Assembly (NCBI RefSeq): GCF_009914755.1 | Contig: NC_060948.1 | Strand: one strand, 5' to 3' | Source of the DNA: the human T2T-CHM13v2.0 reference genome, Homo sapiens | Length of the DNA: 64,000 bases | Shown: in pieces, positions 14,224 through 25,272 of the stretch | Layout: each line of letters begins with the position of its first letter | Numbering within the stretch: position 1 is the stretch's first letter | The notes under the pieces: generated by a model | Database searches by the model: none | Told to the model about the DNA's origin: nothing | The model's input: the letters and a program-made list of their open reading frames with translations, nothing else | Program-made: the position numbers and the translations under genes

Positions 14224-14310
14224 AGAGCTTCTGAGAGACCCAGGATGAAGGGATGCAGTGAGGTCAAGAGCCCAACCTTCTTTCACTGACACCCACCTCT
14301 AAGGACTCAG
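14224..14310 (+). other. PRY: Probable PRY 5' UTR exon 2 (87-nt satellite cassette exon)
   Basis: Acceptor TTTCTACCTTTCCCAG|A (AG at 14222-14223) and donor CAG|GTATGA (GT at 14311-14312). Confidence 0.6.
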
Positions 14311-16949
14311 GTATGATTGTATCACCCAAAGAACCCTCAACAACACAACAGATCATATTCCAATTCTTATGGGACCAGATTATTGCACACAGCCTGTTTC
14401 AAAAATGGAGACAGAAGGGCAGTTTCCAGTGAACAGGTTACTATCTAAAAATACCTCCTCCCTGAAGGGGCCCTGAGGTTGAGACATTTAGGGTCACACA
14501 GAGGGTTTTCAAACACAGCCTTTTTTATCAACAACAGGCCTACTCTGCCTGTATTATTTTTCTCTGCTTAGGATGTCAGCTTGCTTAAACACAGGGAAAA
14601 ACATCTGCAGGACTTCTCAGGCCAGCCTAGACATTGTAGGCATGAGTCTTTTGAAACTTGTCCAACTGTGATTTCTAGGTATAGCCAACTGGGGTTTCTT
14701 GTGGTTGCTGTCTCCCAGGTTGGGATTCTTGCAGAATCACATAGCCTCAGGAGTGCTGAGCTCTGTTTTCCTGTGGGAGTGTTGTGAGTGTTGGATGTCT
14801 GCGTGTGTGTGTGGCATTGGGTGTGCACATGTGCGCCTGACAGTAGAGTGTGCTGGAAATTACATGGCTAACCCGCTTCAGCCCTTTTCCCTTCTTTTTT
14901 TTTTTAGTCTCCCAACATTTCTGGCGGAGCATTTCAAGTGTTGGATGTCTGCATGTTTGTGTGGTATTGTGTGTGTGTGTGTGTGTGTGACTGTAAGTGA
15001 AGTCTGCTTAAAAGCATATTACTTATGCACTCCAGTGCTTTCTGTTTTTGAGTCTTCCAACATTTTGGTGGCCTGTGTTTCTCTGCTTGGGCTGTGGGAC
15101 TCTCTCCAGGTAGTGCTTCGTGCAGCCTCGGTAGCTGCTGGGCTGTGTATTTCTGTGGGAGTATAGTGAGTGTAGGATGTCTGAATGTGTGTGTGGCATT
15201 GTGTGTTCAAAAAAAGCCACTCTTCTAAAAAGAAGAGGAGCACACCATGCCCAAAAGAGACATCTCCTAGTGTTTCATTGTCGTGAGGCCAACCCAGGCA
15301 TAGACACTAGCAGTCCTGTCCACTGGGCACTTTGAATTAACCTTGAATTTGGTTCCCAGCTGAGCAGGTGATTCACATCTTGTGGTGGGGGGGCACTCTC
15401 CATCATCTTTTGATTTCATCCTGGGACATAGAGTATGAGCAGGAATAAAGTCAGATAGCTTTAAGGACAAAATCTCGTGAGGGGTGTATAAGGTTTTGCA
15501 ACATCACTTGCAAAAAAAAAATGAAGATAGATGACACAGAATCTGCTTCCAAGTAAATAGCCTGGTTTTCAGGTGGACATGAAGAGAATATTTTGAGAAC
15601 AAACTGGGGCCATCTGGAGAACTCTCAATGTGAGGGCTTTCATAACCGGAGCCAAATGAGAGTGTGATGGATTGATGCTGGGTGAGTGTAGCCATCACAC
15701 TTGCGTCTTCTTTTCCTGACTTCCATGTTCCTCTTTGGCCTAGGGTTTTCTGGGTCTGGTTCCATATCTTCCACACTAGAAGTTTCCCAGTTCATGGAGG
15801 ACCACTCTTATGTGAATCCATTGCATCATTGTTTCTTTCTTAATTCTGTCACGTTTTAATGACTAGGCAATATGAGACTTTTAAAGGCATAAATTCCCAT
15901 TACAACCATCCATATGGAAACTTTTATTATCCCTCTTTTATTGAAGGGTTGCATGATTCCTGTAGGATGAGAGGCAGGCAGCCATGTTCTGCATTTTCCT
16001 GCTAATCTTGGCTCTGTTTCACTTCATCTGCATGTCCTTCCTTGCTGTGGAGTGGGTCTATCATTGGCTCTTGCTAGATGGGACTGCCTCTTGCTATAGA
16101 TCTTTTCAGTGCCAGGAATTTCAGGAAGCCAAAAGGACTTTGCATACGGTGGCTATGCACCAGGTTGTGGATCATGGTGTCCTTGTAGGGGCTGATGTTG
16201 TTTGCACTTTGCAGGAGGCTTTTGGGTCCTCTGACAGGAATCTTTGAACTTTGCTTGTACTCCTGCACAAGTCAGCTTGTTCGTTCAGGCGAGCTTTCAT
16301 TTTTCTTTGCTTTCATGGGGAGTCCACATTGCCCCTCATCAGCACTACTGGACACCCTTTTCTGACTTGCAATTGCCATGGACCACCTCAGAGATACTCT
16401 CTCAACCACATCTGCATCCGAGAAAGGCCAGTTTGAGGTGTGAAAACAATGCTTTATCTGGGACTTGCTTTTGTTGTGGTTCCTGTATTTCCCAGAGAGG
16501 AACAAATACTTGCTTTTGTTGTGCTTCCCTGTATTTCCCCTGTGAGGCCCAGGATGAAGGGAGTCAGTGATGTCAACGGCCCAGCCATCTTTCACTGACA
16601 CCACTCTCTTGGGTCTCAGTGATGATTCCATCACCCAGAGATGCTTCAAAAACTCACCAAATGGTATTTCAATCCCCATGGGAATTAACTCTTGCACACA
16701 TCCTCTATTGGGAATAGAGGCAGAGGTGCAGATTGCAGTGACCCCTTCACAGTCTCAAAATGACTTCTTCTGTGGAACCCAACCTTAGAGACTGCCCAAA
16801 AGGGCCCTATCATCTATATTTTTGTGTCCAGTGGTGGCTTATTACAGGCAGCATTTTTCCCTATACCAGGAAGGCTCTGCCTGTACCATTTTCCTCTGCT
16901 TAGGCAGACTGACAGCTCTGAAGGGTGCCTTAGCCTGCCTCAGGAATGC

Positions 16950-17690
16950 CTAATGAGGCAACTTGAAGATGGATTGTTTGATATTGTTCAGTGTAAGGAA
17001 GAGAAACAAGAATAATGATCAAAACTAAGGTTTCCATGGGACACCATCAAGAATATCAACATATTCATAATGGGAGTCCCACTGGAATAGGTGAGATGGG
17101 GAAAAAAAGAATATTTAAATGAATAGTGGCTGAAACTTCCCAAAAGTGTCGATAGATGCAAATCTACTGATCCAAGTATCTCTAAAGAACACAATACTCC
17201 AGGGAGAATAAAATCCAAGATATCCACACTGAAACACATGCACTGAAATTGACAGAAGACAAATAAATAGAGAACTTTAAAAGAATCAAGACAGAAGTAA
17301 CTCATCACATGCAAGTTATCCTTCATAACATTAACAGCCAATTTCTCATTAAAAATTATAGTGGAAAGAAGTCACTGTGATGAGATCTTTAAAGTGCTGG
17401 AATAAGAAGATAAAGTCAATCATAAACTCAATATCTGGCCAAACAAAAATTTAACTTTATGAGCAAATAAGGCATTTCCAAGCAAACATAATTAAAGAGA
17501 GTACATTACTACTAGATCAGCCTTACAAAACATGATGAAAACAAGCAAGGAATGAAAGAAAAATAGTGCCCCATGTGCAAATAAAGAAATAAGAACATCA
17601 ATAAAATAATTACGTCACGAAATAGAAAAGCCAATATTATTATATTTGGGTTTTCTGTGACTTTATTTTTCTACTGGATTTAAAAGTATC
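16950..17690 (+). mobile_element. Old L1M fragment (ORF1 region) bounding the satellite array
   Basis: A-rich L1 ORF1-like sequence (GACACCATCAAG..ATAATGGGAGTCCC..GGCTGAAACTTCCCAAA..ATCTTTAAAGTGCTG). Confidence 0.7.
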
Positions 17691-17925
17691 TCACAACTGT
17701 AATCCCAACAAAGTAGGGGGATTTCCTTGAGTCTGGGAGTTTGAGACCAGCCAGGGCAACAAAATGTGACCGTCTTTTGAGAAAATAAACAAAATTAGCC
17801 AGCTGTGGTGGCATGGACTTCTGTCCCCAGAACATAGGGCACTGAGTTGGAAGGGTCCCTTGAGCCCAGGAGCTCGAGGCTGTAGTGAACCATGTTTAGC
17901 CTGTGTGACTGAAACCCTGTCTCAA
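17690..17925 (+). mobile_element. Degenerate AluJ-like SINE
   Basis: CTGTAATCCCA..GGAGTTTGAGACCAGCC..AAAATTAGCC..TTGAGCCCAGGAG..GAGGCTGTAGTGA. Confidence 0.8.
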
Positions 17926-18159
17926 TGAATTAAAATACAATACAATAATAAAATAAAGAAATGACAAAAAATAAAGCAATAATTACACATCTGGGTTGTT
18001 AGCAAATGTTGCATAACAAACTATTTTTGACAAAAAAATAGAAAGTTGGGGAAAACAGTATGGGAAAATGATTTTTGTATAATGTCAATGCTCAGTTGTT
18101 ATAATTCACACTATATTATTATTAATTCAAGATATTAATTATAATACCATTAATAACTT

Positions 18160-20773
18160 GTCCTTTTTATGGCTGCATAGTATTCCACGGTTTATATGTG
18201 CCATATTTTCTTAATCCAGTCTATCATTGATGGACAATTTGGTTGGTTTCAAGTCTTTGCTATGGTGAATAGTGCGATAATAAACATACGTGTGCATGTA
18301 TCTTTATAGCAGCATGATTTATAACCCTTTGGGTATATACTCAGTAATGGGATTGCTGGGTCAAATGGTAATTCTAATTTTAAATCCTTGCGGAATTACC
18401 ACACTGTCTTCCACAATGGTTGAACTAATTTACACTCTCCCAAACAGTGTAAAAGCATTCCTATTTCTCCACATCCACACCAGCGTCTGTCGTTTCCTGA
18501 CTTTTTAATGATTGCCGTTCCAAGTGGCTTGAGATGATATCTCATTTTGGTTTTGATTTGCATTTCCCTGTTGACCAGTGATGATGAGCATTTCTTCATG
18601 TGTCTGTTGGCTGCATAAATGTCTTCTTTTGAGAAGTGTCTGTTCATATCCTTTGCCCTCCTTTTGATGAGGTGTTTTTTTTTTTTAATGAAAATTTGTT
18701 TGTGTTCTTTGTAGATTCTGATATTAGCCAATTGTAAGATGGGTAGATTGCAAAAATTTTCTCCCATTCTGTACGTTGCCTGTTCACTCTGATGGTAGTT
18801 TCTTTTGCCATTCAGAAGTTCTTTAGTTTAATTAGATCTTATTTGTCTATTTTGGCCTCTGTTGCCATTAATTTTGGTGTTTTAGTCATGAAGTACTTGC
18901 CCATGCCTATGTCCTGAATGGTATTGTCTATGTTTTCTTCTAGGGTTTTTACGGTTTTATATTTAATATTTAAGTCTTTAATTCATATTGAATTAGCTTT
19001 TATGTAAGGTGTAAGGAAGAGATCCAGTTTCAGCCTTCTAAAAATGGCCAGCCCCTTTTCCCAGCACCATTTACGACATAGGGAGTCAATTCCCCATTTC
19101 TTCTTTTTGTCAGATTCATCAGAGATAAGATGATTGCAGATGTGTGGTATTATTTCAGAGGCCTCTTTTCTGTTCCATTGGTCAATACATCTCTTTTGGT
19201 ACAAGTACCATACTGTTTTGTTTACTGTAGGCTTGTAGTATAGTTTGAAGTCAGGTAGCATGATGTCTCCAGCTTTTTTTTTCTTCTTCTTCTTAGGATT
19301 ATCTTAGCAATATGGCCTATTTTTGGGCTCCATATGAACTGTACCTTTTTTTTTCCAAATCTCTGAAGAAAGTCACTGGTGGCTTGATGGGAATGGCATT
19401 GCTTGTATAAATTACTTTGGACACTATGGCCATTTTCAAGGTATTCATTCTTCATACTCATTATCGTAGAATATCCTTCCATTTGTTTCTGTCCTTTTTG
19501 ATTTCGTTGAGCAGTGTTTTGTAGTTTTTCCTGAAGAGGTCCTTCACATTCCTTGTAAGCTGGATTCCTAGGTATTTTATACTCTTTGAAGCACTTGTGA
19601 ATGGGAGTTCACTTGTGATTTGGCTCTCTGTTTGTCTGTTAATGGTGTACAGGAGTGTTTGTGATTTTTGCACACTGATTTTGTATGCTGAGACTTTGCT
19701 GAAGTTGCTTATCAGCTTAAGTAGATTTTGGGCTGAGACAATGGGTTTTCTCAATATACAATCATGTTATCCGAAAACAGGGACAATTTGACTTCCTCTT
19801 TTCCTTATTGAATACCCTTTATTTCTTTCTCTTGCCTGATTGCCCTGGACAGAACTTCCAACACTATGTTGAATAGGAATGGTGAGAGAGGGCATCCTTG
19901 TCTTGTGCCGGTTTTCCAAAGGAATGCCTCCAGTATTTGTCCACTCTGTCGGATATTGTCTGTGGGTTTGTCAGTAGCTTTTATTATTTTGAGATATGTT
20001 CCATCAATACCTAGTTTATTGAGAGTTTTTAGCATGAAGGGTTGTTGAATTTTGTCAAAGGCCTTTCCTGCATCTATTGAGATAATCATGTGATTTTTGT
20101 CATTGGTTCAGTTTATATGATGGATTAGGTATATTGATTTACATAAATTGAACCACATTTGCATCCCAGGGATGAAGCTGATGTGATAGTAGTAGATAAG
20201 CTTTTTGTTGTGCTGATGGATTCAGTTTGCCAGTATTTTATTGAGGATGTTCGCATGGATGTTTATCTGGGCTATTGGTCTAAACTTCTCTTTTTGCTTG
20301 TGTGTCTCTGCCAGGCCTTGGTATCAGGATGAAGTTGTCCTCATAAAATGAGTTGGGGAGGATTCTCTCTTTTTTTTATTGATTGGAATAGTTTCAGAAG
20401 GAATGGTACCAGTCCCTCTTTGTACCTCTGGTAGAATTTGGGTGTGAATCCACCTGGTCCTGGGCTTTTTTTTGGTTGGTAAGCTATTAATTATTTACTC
20501 AATTTCAGAGGCTGTTGCTAGTCTATTCAGAGATTCAACTTCTTCCTGGTTTAGTTTTTGAAGGGTGTATGTGTCCAGGAATTTATCCATTTCTTCTAGA
20601 TTTTCTAGTTTATTTTGTTAGAGGTGTTTATAGTATTCTCTGAGGGTAGTTTGTACTTCTGTGGGATCGATGGTGATATCCCCTTTATCATTTTTTATAG
20701 CTTCTATTTTATTCTTCTCTCTTTGCTTCTTTATTAGCCTTGCTAGGGGTCTTTCAATTTTGTTGATCTTTTC

Positions 20774-20804
<31 letters not shown>

Positions 20805-23800
20805 CAGTTCCTGGATTCATTGATTTTTTGAAGGGTTTTTTGTGTCTCTATCTCTTTCCGTTCTGCTCTGCTCTGATCTTAGTTATTTCTTGCCTTCTGC
20901 TACCTTTCGAATTTGTTTGCTCTTGCCTCTCTATTTCTTTTAGTTCTGATGTTAGGTTGTCAATTTTATATCTTTCCTGCTATCTTTTGTGACATTTACT
21001 GCTATACATTTCCCTCTGCCCACTGCTTTAAATGTGTTTCAGAGATTGTGGCATGTTGTGTCTTTGTTCTCATTGGTTTCAAGGAATGTCTGTATATCTG
21101 CCTTCATTTTGTTATTTACCCAGCAATCATTCAGGAGCAAGTTGTTAAGTTCCCCTGTAGTTGTGCAGTTTTGAGTGAGTTTCTTAATGCTGAGTTCTAA
21201 TTTGATTACACTGTGGTCTGAGAGACACTTTGTTGTGATTTCTGTTCTTTTACAATTGCTGAGGAGTGCTTTACTTCAGGTTATGTGGTCAATTTTAGAA
21301 TAAGTGTGATGTGGTGCTGAGAAGAATGTATATGCTCTTGATTTAGGGTGGAGAGTTCTGTAGGTGTCTATTAGGCCAGTTTGTTACAGAGCTGAGTTTA
21401 AGTGCTGGATATCCTTGTTAACCTTCTGTCTCATTGATCTGTTGATTAATGAGACAACATTGACTGTGGGGTGTTGAAGTCTCCCATTATTATTGTGTGG
21501 GTGTCTAAGTCTCTTTGTAGGTCTCTAAGGACTTACTTTCTGAATCTGGGTTGTGTATTGGGTGAATATATATTTAGAATTCTTAGCTCTTCTTCATGAA
21601 TTGATCCCTTTATCATTAGGTAATGGCCTTCTTTGTCTCTTTTGATCTTTGTTCGTTAAAAGTCTGTTTTATCAGAGGCTAGGATTGCAACTCCTACTTA
21701 TATTTTTTTCTGCTTTCCATTTGCTTGGTATATCTTCTTCCATTCATTTATTGTGAGCTTATGTGCATCTTTGCATGTGAGATGGGTCTCCTGAATACAG
21801 CACACTGATGGATCTTGACTCTTTATCCAATTTACCCATCTGTGTCTTTGAACTGGGGCATGTAGCCTCTTTACACTTAAGGTTAATATTGTTATGTGTA
21901 AATTTGGTCCTGTCATTATGACGTTGGCTGTGTAGTTTGCCTGTTAATTGATACAGTCTCTTGATAGCATCGATGGTCTTTAAAATTTGCTTTTGCAGTT
22001 GCTGATACTGGTTGTTTTTTTCCATGTTTAGTGTTTCCTTCAGGAACTCTTGTAAGGCAGGCCTGGTCGTGACAGAATCTCTCAGAATTTCCTTATTTTT
22101 AAAGGATTTTATTTCTGCTTCACTTATAAAGCTTAGTTTGGCTGGATATGAAATTCTGTGCTGAAAATTCTTTTCTTTAAGAATGTTGAATATTCGCCCC
22201 CACTCTCTTCTGGCTTGTAGGGTTTCTGCTAAGAGATCCAATGTTAGTCTGATGGGCTTCCCTTTGTGGGTAACTCAACCTTTCTCTCTGTCTGACCTTA
22301 ACACTTTTTCCATCATGTCAACCTTGGTGAACCTGACAATTGTATGTCTTGTGGTTGCTTTTCTCAAGGAGTATCTTTGTGGCATTCTCTGTATTTCCTG
22401 AATTTGAATGTTGGCCTGCCTTGTTAGGTTGGGGAAGTTCTCCTGGATAATATCCTGAAGAGTGTTTTCTAAGTTGGTTCCATTCTTTCCATCACTTTCA
22501 GATACACCAATTAAACTTAGATTTGGTCTTTTCACTTAGTCCCATATTTCTCAGAGATTTTGTTTCTTTTTACTCTTTTTTCTCTAACCTTGTCTTCTCA
22601 GTTTATTTTATTAATGAGATCTTCAATCACTGATACCCTTTCTTCCACTTGATTGAATCAGCTACTGAAGCTTGTGCATGCATGACAAAGTTCTTGTGCC
22701 ACAGTTTTCAGCTCCGTCAGGTCATTTAAAATCCTCTCTACACTATTTATTCTAGTTAGCCATTCATCTCATCTTTTTCCAAGGTTTTTAGCTTCCTTGT
22801 GATAGATTGGAACATGAAACTTTAGCTCAAATAGTTTTGTTATTACCAACCTCCTGAAGCCTACTTCTGTCAGCTCATCAGATTCATTCTCTGTCCAGTT
22901 TTGTTGCATTGCTTGTGAGGAATTGTGATCCATTGCAGAAGAAGCACTCAATTTTTAAAACTTTCAGCTTTTCTGCTGTAGTTTCTCTCCATCTTTGTGG
23001 TTTTATCTACCTTGTGTCTTTGATGTTGTTGACCTACAGATGGAGTTTTGGTGTAGATGAACTTTTTGCTTATGTTGATGCTCTTCCTTTCTATTTGTTA
23101 GTTTTCCTTCTAACACTTAGGTCCCTCAGCTGCAGGACTTTTGGGATTTGGTGTAGTCCACTGCAGATTGTGTTTGCCTGGGTGTCACCAGCAGAGGATG
23201 CAGAACAGCAAATATTTCAGAACAGCAAATATTGCTGCCTGATCCTTCCTCTGGAAACTTCATCCCAGAGGGGCAGCTGCCTATATGAGGTGTCTGTCAG
23301 CCCCTACTGGGAGCTGTCTCCCAGATAGGTTACACAGGGGTCAGGGACAGATGAGAGGAGGCAGCCTGTCCATTCTCAGACTTCAAATGGCATGCTAGGA
23401 GAACCACTGCTCTCTTCAGAGCTGTCAGACAGGGACATTTAAGTCTGCCAAAGTTGTCTGCTGCCTTTAGTTCAACTGTGCCCTGCCCACAGAGGTGTAG
23501 TCTACAGGCAGTAGGCCTTGTTGAGCTGTGGTGGGCTCCACCCAGTTTTAGCTTCCTGGGTGCTTTGTTTACCTGCTCAAGACTTAGCAATTGTGAACGC
23601 CTTTCTACCAGCCAGGCTGCCACATCAGAGCTTGATCTCAGACTGCTGCGCTAGCAGTGAGCAAGGCTCTGTGGGCATGGGACCCACCAAGCCAGGCATG
23701 GGACCCACCAAGCTAGGCATGGGAGAGAATTACTTTGTCTGCTGGATGCTAAGACCTTGGGTAAAGTGCAGTATTTGGGCAGGAGTGCTCCGTTTTTCCA

Positions 23801-24040
23801 GGTAGTCTGTCACAGCTTCCCTTGGCTAGGAAAGGGAAATTCCCCGACTGCTTGCACTTCACAGGAGGGGTGATGCCCTGCCCTGCTTCAGCTCATTCAC
23901 TGTGGGCTGCACCCACTGCCCTGCCATTCCCAATGAGATGAACCAGATACCTCAGTGGGAAATGCAGAAATCACTGATCTTCTGCATTGATCATGCTGGG
24001 AGCTGCAGACTGGAGCTGTTCCTATTTGGCCATCTTGGAA
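18160..24040 (-). mobile_element. Near full-length inactive L1PA (roughly L1PA7/8 age), 3' UTR end missing
   Basis: 5' terminus GAGCTGTTCCTATTTGGCCATCTTGG at ~24013-24038. Broken ORF1 pieces at 22275-22535 (MKRPNLSLIGV..QENFPNL) and 21759-22241. ORF2 endonuclease start at 21698-21916 (MTGPNLHITILTL), RT pieces at 19805-20089 and 19461-19754, C-terminus at 18396-18767. Many stops and frameshifts. Confidence 0.95.
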
Positions 24041-24389
24041 CACCCTCAGAAAAAAATAGGATGCATTTTTAAAGGTTTTTTTTTTTTTTTTTTTTTGAGA
24101 TGGGGTCTCATTCTGTTGTCCAGGCTGCAGTGCAGTGGTGTGGAGAGTGCTTCCTCCACACACTTCCCTGTCCCTTTCAATCAACTGGCTGTGAGATCAC
24201 TGAAACCAGAGATCTCAGGTTCAGAACAGGCCCAAGTGGGGTTGTGGCTGCCCCTCTGCATTTCAAGGTCACTGTGTGGCATAATGAGGTCTTTGGCTGC
24301 AGAAAAGGGCATTGCGTTTTCTGAGGAGGGCTTGGTGAGTTGATTTGAGAGACAACACAAGCACCAAGATTTGGAATGTCCCAGGTTAG

Positions 24390-24975
24390 TGTTGGGGAAA
24401 CCAGCCACATAAGACCCAGTGGGTACCCCGAATCTGGAGGAGACAAAGGTGTTAGAAAGAGACAGAATAAGCACTTAAAAGGTAGGTCCAGGGCACCAGA
24501 GCATTGGAGACTTGCTCATGGCCTGGAGCTCTCAGGCTCCACCCAATTTATTGGTTTACAAATTCTTTGTCCTTAAGGAGATGGGAGGGGGAGGAAGGAA
24601 TAAGGAAAAGGATTAAGCAGTGAAGGAGAACTCATCAGCCATTCAATAAGATGTATAGCACTGGTGGTTTCTGTGAATTTCCTTGAGCAAAGGCATGTGT
24701 CTAAACTACTTAAGATCTTCAACTTATCATGACTGAAATGGGTGGGAGTGGGTTTCAGGAGGAGCCAAGATGTTTTATTATATTCCACTGCTTCAAGGGA
24801 ACGTTATCTTCCTGAGCAACCAGTGGAATGCCGCTGAGTGGTTATGCTCTGGGGGCATAAATACATGAAGGTAATAAGGAGATTTTTCTTCTCAGAGGCT
24901 GCCCATGGCTCCCCATGGGTGTCTCATACAGGGGAGACCAACTTAATTGGCACCCCAGAAACTTTGTTTCCCACA
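24390..24975 (-). mobile_element. Solo ERVK LTR (LTR14-like)
   Basis: TG..CA termini (TGTTGGGGAAAC...GTTTCCCACA) flanked by direct repeat GTTAG at 24385-24389 and 24976-24980. The reverse complement begins TGTGGGAAACAAAGTTTCTGGGGTGCCA, like my recollection of LTR14. Confidence 0.8.
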
Positions 24976-25203
24976 GTTAGTAATTATGGGTTGTTGGTTT
25001 AGACCAAAGATAGGGCCAGAGATGAACAAAGAATATTGGGGTGCCCCTGTGGTAACAGCATTTTCCAGCCAGCAGGCTTGCTTTACCTGCTGGGAAGAAG
25101 GATGTACCTCAGAGTCCCACAAAACCTCTTCTCCCATCTTATCTCTTTTAGAGAGACATGAATAAAATGGGCCTCAACAATCCCAAGAGACCACTCAAGG
25201 ACA

Positions 25204-25272
25204 ATGGGAGCCACTGGGCTTGGCTTTCTACTTTCCTGGAGACAAGACAATTTGAATGGCACTGACTGCCAG
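25204..25272 (+). CDS. PRY: PRY/PRY2 coding exon A (MGATGLGFLLSWRQDNLNGTDCQ); exon likely starts at 25152
   Basis: ATG at 25204, 23 codons matching the recalled PRY N-terminus, donor CAG|GTACTG at 25273. Upstream pyrimidine tract and AG at 25150-25151. Confidence 0.9.

Larger units (their letters stand above)
1..16950. repeat. Diverged ~2.4-2.55 kb-unit tandem macrosatellite array (Y NORF array / SST1-like), about 7 unit equivalents with internal duplications and deletions
   Basis: Landmark GTCTCAGGTATGATTC-like recurs at ~1231, 3651, 4471, 7931, 10376, 12939, 14303, 16614. Landmark CACTTGCCTCTT..CCTGACTTC recurs at ~441, 2772, 6051, 6790, 9492, 12065, 15697. A (TG)n tract followed by GTAAGTGGAGTCTGCTTAAA recurs at ~2047, 5333, 8778, 11331, 13794, 14993. 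Undisturbed spacings are 2.3-2.56 kb. The family name is recalled from the ~2.48 kb Y NORF unit and SST1. Confidence 0.9.

Noticed and set aside
254-15776. Recurrent minus-strand ORFs with PDQGNPRLTRN.EVRKRRGKCG (254-538, 2431-2883, 5846-6148, 15504-15776), suggesting a small gene family
   Set aside because: They are the same satellite segment translated; starts, stops and frames are not conserved between units.
1-16950. Possible CRISPR-like or prokaryotic repeat system
   Set aside because: Units are kilobases long without short repeat/unique spacer structure, and the window is full of primate Alu and L1.
18160-24040. Potentially active LINE-1
   Set aside because: ORF1 and ORF2 are fragmented by many stops and frameshifts, and the 3' end is missing.
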